From an uncultured Bacteroidota bacterium (lineage in GTDB: Bacteria; Bacteroidota; Bacteroidia; Bacteroidales; JAAUTT01), in assembly GCA_963846585.1 (NCBI GenBank), contig CAWJWO010000013.1:107801-171800 (forward strand): a stretch of DNA of 64,000 nucleotides. Direction: 5' to 3'. The notes beneath the pieces are model-generated. The model was not told the DNA's origin and did not search any database. It saw only the letters and a list, made by a program, of their open reading frames with translations. Positions 48,579-57,772 of the stretch are shown here, one piece after another (within the stretch, counting starts at the first letter, position 1; each line of letters starts with the position of its first letter). Position numbers and translations under genes: made by a program.

Positions 48579-49361
48579 ATGAAATTAAATAAGTTGATTA
48601 TACTATTATTATTTATGGCAAAGGTTTCCTTTGCTCAGCAACCTGTCAGTACAACAGTGACTGAAGGAGAAGTTGGAATAATTGAGCATCTTGACAGTAT
48701 AATCCCTCTCGATCTGAAGTTCAAAAATGAGAAGGAAGAAATAGTTTCGTTAAGGAGCCTGATAAATAAACCTACAGTATTATCTTTTGTATATTTTGAC
48801 TGTCCAAGTTTGTGTAACAGGCTACTTGAAGGGTTATCGCATGTGATTGAAAATTCTGATCTTAATCTGGGAAAGGATTACCAGGTTATTACATTGAGTT
48901 TTAATTATTTTGATACACCAGAAATGGCAAAACAGAAAAAGGAAACTTTTATGCTAAGGAAAACCAGGGACCATTCAGCAAGCTGGATTTTTCTTACAGG
49001 CGATAGCACAAGTATATACAAACTTACCAATTCAGCAGGGTTTAAATTTAAAAGGGCCGGATTAAACTTTATTCATCCGGCAGCCATTATCATGTTAACT
49101 GGGTCCGGTAAAATTACCCGATATCTCTATGGTATATCATTTTTGCCATTTGATCTGAAAATGGCTGTGGCAGAAGCCGAAAAGGGATTGTCAAGGCCTA
49201 CTATAAGCCGGGTACTGGATTTTTGTTTTGCATATGATCCGGAAGGGAAAAGATATGCCCTCGATATTACCAAAATTTCAGGGGTACTTATTGTTTTTTT
49301 CCTGTTATTATTTGTTATAATTTTATTAATAAGAAAAAGGACGAAAAATTTGAAAATTTAA
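48579..49361 (+). CDS. SCO1/SenC copper chaperone
   Basis: YFDCPSLC (CxxxC), FIHPAA, ITRYLYG, FCFAYDP. Confidence 0.92.
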   Translation: MKLNKLIILLLFMAKVSFAQQPVSTTVTEGEVGIIEHLDSIIPLDLKFKNEKEEIVSLRSLINKPTVLSFVYFDCPSLCNRLLEGLSHVIENSDLNLGKDYQVITLSFNYFDTPEMAKQKKETFMLRKTRDHSASWIFLTGDSTSIYKLTNSAGFKFKRAGLNFIHPAAIIMLTGSGKITRYLYGISFLPFDLKMAVAEAEKGLSRPTISRVLDFCFAYDPEGKRYALDITKISGVLIVFFLLLFVIILLIRKRTKNLKI

Positions 49362-49409
49362 TAATGTGCAAATGATGACAAATTACTGATTACTAATTAC
49401 TGATTACTA

Positions 49410-51038
49410 ATGACTAATGACAAAGAGATAATGCCTGCACACCAAAATCCTGGTCAGCCCAGTTACCTTGAATATAAAGGTAAATACAAAGGAATTGCAG
49501 GATGGATTTTTTCCACCGATCATAAACGCATAGCTTTACTTTATCTGTATTCGATAATGACCTTCTTCCTGGTTGGTGCAACTCTTGGGGTATTAATGCG
49601 AACGGAACTTATTGCGCCCGGAGAAACAATTATGAAGGCACAGACATATAACGGGATGTTTACACTCCACGGCATAATTATGATATTTCTTGTAGTTATA
49701 CCTGGTTTATCAGTTACTTTCGGAAATTTTTTCCTGCCTATTATGATAGGTGCAAAAGATGTGGCTTTTCCCAGGCTTAATTTATTTTCATGGTGGGTTT
49801 ACATTTTGGGTGCAGCAATAGCAATTACTTCACAATTTATCGGAAATGGTCCTCCTGATACCGGCTGGACATTCTACGCGCCATATAGTACTCATACCCA
49901 TACCAATGTTATAGCTGCAGTTTTAGGTGCATTTGTACTTGGATTTTCCTCTATTCTTACCGGATTGAATTTTATAGTGACTATTCACCGGATGCGTGCT
50001 CCTGGTATGACCTGGTTCAGGATGCCATTGTTTCCCTGGTCGCTTTATGCTACTGCCTGGATACAGGTATTAGCCACGCCAATTGTAGGTATTACACTTT
50101 TAATGGTTATTGCGGAGCGTGTTTTTAAAATTGGATTTTTTGATCCGGCCCTGGGAGGTGACCCGGTGCTTTATCAGCATTTATTCTGGATTTATTCTCA
50201 TCCGGCAGTTTATATCATGATATTACCTGCTATGGGGGTTGTGACCGAAATTATCCCCACATTTACAAAACGAAAAATATTCGGATATAAGGCAATAGTA
50301 TTTTCCAGCCTTGCTATTGCCGGAGTTGGTTATTTGGTTTGGGGTCATCATATGTTTACTTCCGGAATTAGTATCACGGCACGCTGGATATTCTCCCTGC
50401 TAACATTCATTGTAGCAGTTCCGAGTGCAATAAAGGTATTTAACTGGATAACCACAATGTACAAAGGATCAATTGATTTGCAACCGCCGCTTTTATATGT
50501 TTTTACGTTTATTTTCCTGTTTCTCATAGGCGGTTTATCAGGTCTGGTGCAGGGAGCATTGGCTACCAACATCCAGGTTCATGATACTTCATTCGTGGTG
50601 GCCCATTTTCATTATATAATTTTTGGCGGGATGGGATTTGCCTTCTTTGCGGGTATTCATTATTGGTTTCCTAAAATATACGGGAAAATGTATAACATCA
50701 GGCTGGCCAATATTGCCTGGGTTATTTTGTTTGTTGGATTCAACGTTTTATATTTCCCATTATTTATAATTGGGCTTCAGGGTATGCCCCGCCGTTATTA
50801 TGATTATCTACCCCAATTTCATACCGGCCATTTCATTTCAACAATGGGGGCATATGTATTGTCGGTGGGACTAATTCTAATGATTTATAATTTTATTCGT
50901 TCGTCGCGAAAAGGTATAGTGGCTTCTGCAAATCCCTGGGGAAGTAAATCAATTGAATGGACGATTCCTTCTCCACCGCCTTTGGAAAATTTTGAAGTAA
51001 TACCGGTAATTTCCGAAGAACCCTATAACTATAAATAG
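49410..51038 (+). CDS. coxA: Heme-copper oxidase subunit I, A2 type
   Basis: STDHKRI, TLHG, FPRLN, GWTFYAP, YSHPAVY (A2 signature), WGHH, VAHFHY, GMPRRY. Alternative start at 49431. Confidence 0.96.
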   Translation: MTNDKEIMPAHQNPGQPSYLEYKGKYKGIAGWIFSTDHKRIALLYLYSIMTFFLVGATLGVLMRTELIAPGETIMKAQTYNGMFTLHGIIMIFLVVIPGLSVTFGNFFLPIMIGAKDVAFPRLNLFSWWVYILGAAIAITSQFIGNGPPDTGWTFYAPYSTHTHTNVIAAVLGAFVLGFSSILTGLNFIVTIHRMRAPGMTWFRMPLFPWSLYATAWIQVLATPIVGITLLMVIAERVFKIGFFDPALGGDPVLYQHLFWIYSHPAVYIMILPAMGVVTEIIPTFTKRKIFGYKAIVFSSLAIAGVGYLVWGHHMFTSGISITARWIFSLLTFIVAVPSAIKVFNWITTMYKGSIDLQPPLLYVFTFIFLFLIGGLSGLVQGALATNIQVHDTSFVVAHFHYIIFGGMGFAFFAGIHYWFPKIYGKMYNIRLANIAWVILFVGFNVLYFPLFIIGLQGMPRRYYDYLPQFHTGHFISTMGAYVLSVGLILMIYNFIRSSRKGIVASANPWGSKSIEWTIPSPPPLENFEVIPVISEEPYNYK

Positions 51039-51225
51039 TTGCTAGATGTTAGTTGTTAGTTGTTGGTTGCTGAATATAAGTAATGAGGTAAAAAAGGACG
51101 TGAGTCATGGGACGTGGGACGTGGGACGTGAAGACCTGCACCCTTCGACAGGCTCAGGGTACGATTAACTGCAACCTGCAACATATAAACATATAAACCA
51201 TATAAACTTTATAAACGCATAAACA
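51036..51225. repeat. Composite array between coxA and coxC with embedded REP-like motif
   Basis: TAGTTGT-like units, GACGTGG units, CCCTTCGACAGGCTCAGGG (51141-51159), AACCTGC, ATAAAC 8/9-mers. Confidence 0.9.
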
Positions 51226-51229
51226 GAAA

Positions 51230-51844
51230 ATGGATAATGTGATATTACATGCCGAACATCGAGATGATTTCGGAGCAAAACTTGGGATGTGGATATTTAT
51301 TTTTACAGAGTTATTGCTTTTTGGAGGGTTATTTCTCGTTTATGCAGTATACAGAAGGATGTATCCGGGCGATTTTCATGAAGCAGCTGCCCAATTGAAT
51401 GGATTTTTAGGAACTTTAAATACAGTAGTTCTGCTTGTAAGCAGTATGACTATTGCAATGTCACTTACTGCCATTCAAAAAAATAATCCAAAACTTGCTG
51501 TAAACCTCATTTTTATAACCTTGCTATTGGCTATAATCTTTCTGGCCGATAAATATCACGAATGGAGTACTGAAATCAGCGAAGGACTTTATCCGGGATC
51601 TGACACATTACAGCAACAAACCCATGGAATAATCCTGTTTTTTGGACTTTACTTCTTTATGACAGGATTGCATGTATTTCATATGATTGTTGGAATGGTA
51701 CTTCTATCTATAATATTGATAAAAATTAAAAAGGGTAAAATTAATTCAGACAGGCATGTATTGCATGAAAACGGATCGCTTTACTGGTGCCTTGTCGACT
51801 TAATATGGATGTTTTTGTTTCCGTTGTTGTATCTGGTAACGTAA
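51230..51844 (+). CDS. coxC: Cytochrome c oxidase subunit III
   Basis: LGMWIFIFTELLLFGGLF, NTVVLLVSS, YFFMTGLHVFH, LYWCLVDLIW. Confidence 0.93.
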   Translation: MDNVILHAEHRDDFGAKLGMWIFIFTELLLFGGLFLVYAVYRRMYPGDFHEAAAQLNGFLGTLNTVVLLVSSMTIAMSLTAIQKNNPKLAVNLIFITLLLAIIFLADKYHEWSTEISEGLYPGSDTLQQQTHGIILFFGLYFFMTGLHVFHMIVGMVLLSIILIKIKKGKINSDRHVLHENGSLYWCLVDLIWMFLFPLLYLVT

Positions 51845-51849
51845 AAAAT

Positions 51850-52197
<348 letters not shown>

Positions 52198-52201
52198 ATA
52201 T

Positions 52202-52483
52202 ATGGATTACGATAAACATATTACAGAATATAAAACGTACGCGGTGGTACTTATTGTGCTGCTTATCCTCACTATGGTTTCAATCCTGGTTACACATTTG
52301 CAGTTAAAGGCATGGACAGTAGGTATTGCTCTTGTAGTTACCTGTGTAATGGCCGGGTTAATTCTTATATACTTTATGCATATTAAATTTGACAATATGC
52401 TTATTAAAATTCTGGTAGCACTTGTTTTTCTGCTTTTTGCCATTTTTATGGGGCTTGTTTTATTAGACTATTCCTACATGTAA
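52202..52483 (+). CDS. coxD: Cytochrome c oxidase subunit IV family protein
   Basis: Three TM helices, LLILT, YFMHIKFD. Confidence 0.88.
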   Translation: MDYDKHITEYKTYAVVLIVLLILTMVSILVTHLQLKAWTVGIALVVTCVMAGLILIYFMHIKFDNMLIKILVALVFLLFAIFMGLVLLDYSYM

Positions 52484-52488
52484 AAAAT

Positions 52489-52723
52489 AGTCGTAAGTCG
52501 TAAGTCGTAAGTCGTAAGACAGAAGGCAGAAGGTAAAAGGCAGAGGGCAGAAGGCAGAAGACAGAAGGCTTGATATGTGATTCTAGATTTTAGATTCTAG
52601 ATTTGAGATTTAAAATTTGGATATTCTGTAAGTACAAATCTTAAATATAGATTCTCAATTCTAAAATCTTAAATGATTTGTCCAATTTCTTGTCTTGGTT
52701 CCTGGCTCTTGACTCTTGGTTCC
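52489..52723. repeat. Composite array between coxD and coxB containing an inverted copy of 27351-27494
   Basis: AGTCGTA x4, AGAAGGC-like units, then 52562-52705 equal to the reverse complement of 27351-27494 (137/144). Confidence 0.95.
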
Positions 52724-52752
52724 TTTAATATTATTAATTACTGATAAACACT

Positions 52753-53670
52753 ATGTATACTGAGGCATCAAATTTTGTAGAGGGAGTTGATTTTGCTTAC
52801 AAACTGATATTTGGTATTTGCTTTTTCTTTTTGATAAGTATTACCGGTATTATGATTTTTATTATCATCCGGTACAGGAAATCAAAACATCCAAAAGCTG
52901 TTCAGATTAAAACAAATAATGCCCTTGAAATTACATGGACCATTATCCCGCTAATACTGGTATTAGTCATGTTTTATTATGGATATATAGCATTTCTTCC
53001 AATGCGGCATGCCCCAAAAGATGCCATGGTTGTAAAAACTACAGGACAAATGTGGTCGTGGGATTTTGAATATTCAAATGGGAAACATTCGCCCATTTTG
53101 GTTGTGCCTTTGGGTAAAGCAGTAAAGCTGGATATGAATTCAAAAGATGTAATTCATGGCATGGAAATACCACAGTTCAGATTAAAGGAAGATGTTATTC
53201 CGGGACGTCATACGATGATTTGGTTTATTGCTAACCACACAGGTGAATACAGGATATTCTGTTCATATTATTGTGGGGTTGCACATTCCAATATGTTATC
53301 GATGGTGAAGGTACTACCAGTCGATAGCTTTAAGATTTGGCTAAACAGGGAATCTTCAAAAATAGAAAGTGCCGACGATGGTTTGAAAATTATCCGGCAA
53401 AATGCTTGTACGGCTTGTCATTCAATAGATGGCTCCCCTCTGATAGGTCCAACATTAAAAGGGTTGTACGGTGCAAAACTTACTGTAATTACTGATGGCA
53501 AAGAAAGAGAAGTAATTGCAGATACAGCATACCTACGCACTTCAATAACTGAGCCTGACAAGGATATTGTAAAAGGGTTTAATAAAGGATTAATGATGAG
53601 TTACAAGTCGGCATTGAAAGACACTGATATAATAAGCATTATTGAATACCTGAAATCTATTGCTAAGTAA
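52753..53670 (+). CDS. coxB: Cytochrome c oxidase subunit II with fused cytochrome c
   Basis: LEITWTIIP, QMWSWDFEY, CuA ligands DVIH and CSYYCGVAHSNM, C-terminal CTACH. Confidence 0.94.
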   Translation: MYTEASNFVEGVDFAYKLIFGICFFFLISITGIMIFIIIRYRKSKHPKAVQIKTNNALEITWTIIPLILVLVMFYYGYIAFLPMRHAPKDAMVVKTTGQMWSWDFEYSNGKHSPILVVPLGKAVKLDMNSKDVIHGMEIPQFRLKEDVIPGRHTMIWFIANHTGEYRIFCSYYCGVAHSNMLSMVKVLPVDSFKIWLNRESSKIESADDGLKIIRQNACTACHSIDGSPLIGPTLKGLYGAKLTVITDGKEREVIADTAYLRTSITEPDKDIVKGFNKGLMMSYKSALKDTDIISIIEYLKSIAK

Positions 53671-53686
53671 TGTTTTCTTAATTACA

Positions 53687-54649
53687 CTAATTACAATAAT
53701 TTATGGCGCAGGACTTATCATAAACAAATGACTTATAATTAGCTATAGCCTTACTTGCGAGTTCTTTTATATATTCGTCGGTTAAGAAAACCAGGAAACT
53801 TATTGCTACTGTGAATTCTTTGTTTTTATTTTTAACAAAACAGGCAGGGCTTATTGAAGTAACTTTTTTAAATTCATTTATCAGGTGAGCCTGGTCATAA
53901 TATCCGTTATTTATTACCAGCTGGTACCAGTCGATGTTTGAGGACAGGTTTAAAGTCCTTATCACATTTTGGACCCTGAAAGTCTGGCATAATTCTTTAG
54001 GTGTTATTCCGGCTACTAATTTTATATCGCGTTCGAAACTGCGTTCGGTCATATAAAACTGTTTTAGCAATGCCGGCAGCTTTATATTTCCATTATTTTC
54101 CTTTATAATATTTATTGCATTAAGAGTACGGTCAATGTTAACACTTTTATGAGAATATTTATTCAGCCTGTATAAAAAATATTGGTCCAAATATGCTTTT
54201 ATTTCATTATAGTTTTTTGCCAGTTCAATTTTTTCGCGGAGGTATTTTATTTCATTTCCAAGCACATCTTCAGCAACATACACATTATTATACAGTTCTT
54301 TTGTTGGAATGAAAAATAATTTATAAAATCCATGCAATGTAAACCTTACCCTCATGCTTTTAAATGGAATATTATGCATGCTGCTTCTTAACATCTTGTC
54401 AATATTCCGGATTCCTACAAAAATTGATTTGGAGCATCCTACTCTTATATTTTGGTTTCCGAACCAATAATCACAATTGGAATCATTATAGTTAAAATAC
54501 CAGTCGACACACCTTGTTGGAAGATGAATCTGGGAATTTAAGGTTTGTGGATGTTTATTATCTTCATTAACATCAACAAACCAATAGTGATCGATAATAT
54601 CACTAAGTTGAGGTGATGGCTTCAGGTAAAGTTGAGTTGTGGAAGACAT
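53687..54649 (-). CDS. AraC-family transcriptional regulator
   Basis: PSPQLSDIIDHYW N-terminus; ERSFER...GITPK and GYYDQAHLINEFK. Confidence 0.88.
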   Translation of the reverse strand: MSSTTQLYLKPSPQLSDIIDHYWFVDVNEDNKHPQTLNSQIHLPTRCVDWYFNYNDSNCDYWFGNQNIRVGCSKSIFVGIRNIDKMLRSSMHNIPFKSMRVRFTLHGFYKLFFIPTKELYNNVYVAEDVLGNEIKYLREKIELAKNYNEIKAYLDQYFLYRLNKYSHKSVNIDRTLNAINIIKENNGNIKLPALLKQFYMTERSFERDIKLVAGITPKELCQTFRVQNVIRTLNLSSNIDWYQLVINNGYYDQAHLINEFKKVTSISPACFVKNKNKEFTVAISFLVFLTDEYIKELASKAIANYKSFVYDKSCAINYCN

Positions 54650-54761
54650 TTTTTTTCAAAGATATTTGTTTTACGAAACTAACAATGATATTTGAAAGGG
54701 ATATTGACATAATTAACGAAATATTACATTAAATGAAGGTTTGAAGCGGTCTAAAATAACA

Positions 54762-54790
54762 ATACCATCTCCGTTTTATGAAGATGGTAT
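54762..54790 (-). terminator. Candidate intrinsic terminator
   Basis: 9-bp stem ATACCATCT/AGATGGTAT followed on the minus strand by TGTTATTTT. Confidence 0.5.
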
Positions 54791-55024
54791 CCTTTAACCA
54801 CATAACTATAAGATCAACGTATTATTGAGTTTTAACCTCATCCCCGGCATTTACAAAAAACCGGATATATATAATATTAATAACGATCCGAAATTATCAC
54901 CGAACTAATAAGTAATTTATAACATAGCCATTGTAAAATTATATTACTTTGAAAGTAAATAATTGGAAAAATCCGACAAAGTTTATTAAATCTTAATTTT
55001 ATCTTTACAGCCCTGATTAAAGAT

Positions 55025-56968
55025 ATGAAGAAAAAACCTGCACTTTTCGTAATTGCTGGAATTGCAATAGTTATAACAGTCTATTTTGGGATTAGAAATT
55101 CTATTTTGCATGAAGTTCTGAATAATAAATGCAGAAAGCTGGAAAAAAAGCTTGATTTGCAAATAAAATATAAACATGCTCAATTTATTGGTTTAAAAAC
55201 ATTTTATATAAGTAATTTAAGTGTCGTAGTAAATGCAAGGGATACTTTTATTAAATCTGATTCAATAATTTTAAACCCTAAACTATTTTCTCTCTTAACC
55301 GGGCATTTTCGCCTGCATGCAATAGGTTTATATAAATCGAAGATTAATGCAACAAAATATGTTTTATTGAAATTGCACAATATCATGAATGGCAACAAAA
55401 GTGACCTTCATAATATTCCAAAAATCATAAATTTTGCCGGTATAATTAATTCTTTACAAAAAAGTATTTTAAAACTCGTACCTTCTGATATCATTATACG
55501 AAATTCCTGGTTTTCCTATTCTAAAGATTCCGTTTGTTCTATCCTTTATTGTGAAAATTTTAGTTATCAAAATTCAAAATATATCGGAGATGTATTTCTT
55601 TTAAATAAATCGGAAAAGAAGCGCTGTCTGGTAAATGGTATTTTCGATTTAAATCAAGGCATCACTTTATCAATCACTCATCCTGACGCTTCTATTATTA
55701 ATATTCCTTATACACGTCAATGGTGGAATTCAAGGTTTGGGTTTAATTCATTGCAGTTTTCACTTCTTTTGCAGAAAGTTGATAATAATAACCAGATTTT
55801 ATCAGGGACTGCGTACATAAAAGATCTGGCTATACAAAATGAAAGGATTAGCCCTGATGTGGTTTATATTAAATCGGTAGCTATAAATTTTAAAGTTAAG
55901 GCTGGCAATGGAGTAATTGAAATGGACAGTACTTCATCTGTTAATATAAACAAATTTTCATTTTCTCCTTATATAAGATATGAAAAATCAGACAAGCACA
56001 CCTTTTCATTTGCTTTTATCAGAAAGGAATTCGAAGCGCCAGATCTGTTCAATTCTTTTCCTGAAGGGTTGTTCACCACCTTTAAGGGATTAATTGCCAA
56101 AGGCAGGTTAGCATATAGTTTGAAAACTTTCATCGATTTCGATCATCCGGATAGTGTACAGTTTGACTCATATTTGGAAAATAAGGGTTTTGGGATTGAA
56201 AAATTTGGAATAACAGATTTCAGAATTCTTAACCATGAATATAATCAGGATGTTTATGATAAGGACAGATATATTAAAACTATTCTTGTAGGTTCTGATA
56301 ATAATGATTTTGTTCCGCTCGGGGATATTTCTCCATATTTGAAGTATTCAGTATTAACATCCGAAGATGGAGATTTTTTCTATCATCATGGATTTAATCT
56401 CAGGGCATTTCGTGAATCAATTATTGCAAATATAAAAGCTAAACGCTTTGCCAGAGGTGGCAGCACTATTACTATGCAACTTGTAAAAAATGCTTTTTTA
56501 AGCAATAACAAAACTATTTCACGAAAAATTGAAGAAGCATTGATAGTATGGATGATAGAAAATTTACATCTTGTAAGCAAGGAACGAATGTTTGAAGTTT
56601 ACTTAAACATTATAGAATGGGGTCCGGGGGTATATGGAATTAAGCCGGCATCAATGTTTTATTTTAATAAATTACCCGATAAATTAACTCTTTCGGAAAG
56701 TATATACCTTTCCAGTATTATTCCCAGGCCAAAGGGGTTTAAATATACCTTCATAAGCAATGGTGAAATGGCCGGATTTTATAATGAATACAGCAAATTA
56801 TTATGTAAGGTAATGCTTAAGCGAAATCAGATAACTTCAAATGATTCGTCCAATCTGCAACCATTTGTGAATCTTACCGGTATTGCCAAAGAATACCTGG
56901 CATTACCTGATACTTTGGCTATCGAAGATTCTTTATTTTACAAAGAGCCGGAGATAATTGAGTATTGA
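55025..56968 (+). CDS. Peptidoglycan transglycosylase (GT51) with long N-terminal extension, no transpeptidase
   Basis: SEDGDFFYHHG, RGGSTITMQLVKN, RKIEE, EVYLNIIEWG. Confidence 0.9.
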   Translation: MKKKPALFVIAGIAIVITVYFGIRNSILHEVLNNKCRKLEKKLDLQIKYKHAQFIGLKTFYISNLSVVVNARDTFIKSDSIILNPKLFSLLTGHFRLHAIGLYKSKINATKYVLLKLHNIMNGNKSDLHNIPKIINFAGIINSLQKSILKLVPSDIIIRNSWFSYSKDSVCSILYCENFSYQNSKYIGDVFLLNKSEKKRCLVNGIFDLNQGITLSITHPDASIINIPYTRQWWNSRFGFNSLQFSLLLQKVDNNNQILSGTAYIKDLAIQNERISPDVVYIKSVAINFKVKAGNGVIEMDSTSSVNINKFSFSPYIRYEKSDKHTFSFAFIRKEFEAPDLFNSFPEGLFTTFKGLIAKGRLAYSLKTFIDFDHPDSVQFDSYLENKGFGIEKFGITDFRILNHEYNQDVYDKDRYIKTILVGSDNNDFVPLGDISPYLKYSVLTSEDGDFFYHHGFNLRAFRESIIANIKAKRFARGGSTITMQLVKNAFLSNNKTISRKIEEALIVWMIENLHLVSKERMFEVYLNIIEWGPGVYGIKPASMFYFNKLPDKLTLSESIYLSSIIPRPKGFKYTFISNGEMAGFYNEYSKLLCKVMLKRNQITSNDSSNLQPFVNLTGIAKEYLALPDTLAIEDSLFYKEPEIIEY

Positions 56969-57116
56969 ATATTGAAAAATTAAGTTGCAGGTTACAGGTT
57001 GCAGGTTATTAAATACAACCTTTCCAACTTTAAAACCTATACAACTAATACAGCATTTCAATTGAACCAATAATCAATTTTTTGGTTAATTAAGTAAAAG
57101 TGAAAATCTATAAAGT

Positions 57117-57476
57117 ATGGACCAATATGAATCGAACAGAAGAAAATTTATCCGCAGCCTGGGGTTATCAGTCGGAGCTGTAATGACTGTTAATTCGGTT
57201 ATCAAGGCAGGTGTAAGTGATAATAAAGAAAAGTTTGAGATTACTCCTGAGCAGGAAGAATTTATTATAAAATACGAAAAATGGATGGATGATTTTATTG
57301 ATGTTATCCGTGTGCAGAAAATATCTCCAAATAACCTTGATAATAATAAAAAACTTATAAGACTTACCGAAATAGCTAAAGAATGGCAACAAAGGCTTAC
57401 AGAGTTTATGAAGGATGAAAATTTTGCCAGATATTATATTGTAGTAACTGAAAGAATGACTCAGGAAATAGAATGA
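57117..57476 (+). CDS. Small hypothetical protein with twin-arginine signal
   Basis: SNRRKFIRSLG followed by a hydrophobic stretch. Confidence 0.7.
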   Translation: MDQYESNRRKFIRSLGLSVGAVMTVNSVIKAGVSDNKEKFEITPEQEEFIIKYEKWMDDFIDVIRVQKISPNNLDNNKKLIRLTEIAKEWQQRLTEFMKDENFARYYIVVTERMTQEIE

Positions 57477-57666
57477 TAGTGCATAGTGCATAGTGCATAG
57501 TGCTTAGTTCCTCTATACAAATCACCAGACATAAGCAAAAAAAATAATTGTTGGTTGTTGTTAAATTATTGATACTACAAATTTCAATTTGGAAGACAAC
57601 CTTTACAAATTTTTATGTGTCTGAAATTCTATGCACTATGCACTATGCACTAAGCACTATGCACTT
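57477..57666. repeat. Inverted pair of TAGTGCA / TGCACTA arrays
   Basis: TAGTGC(A/T) x4 begins immediately after the stop (57477-57504); (T/A)GCACTA-like x5 at 57632-57666. Confidence 0.92.
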
Positions 57667-57772
57667 TTGAGACAAATTGCAGGACTGAAGAAAATATTGA
57701 TTTAACAATTAATCATAAGCAGTAAGTATTATTATTTATCGCATATTTGCGTTTATGTATAATTACCGTATT

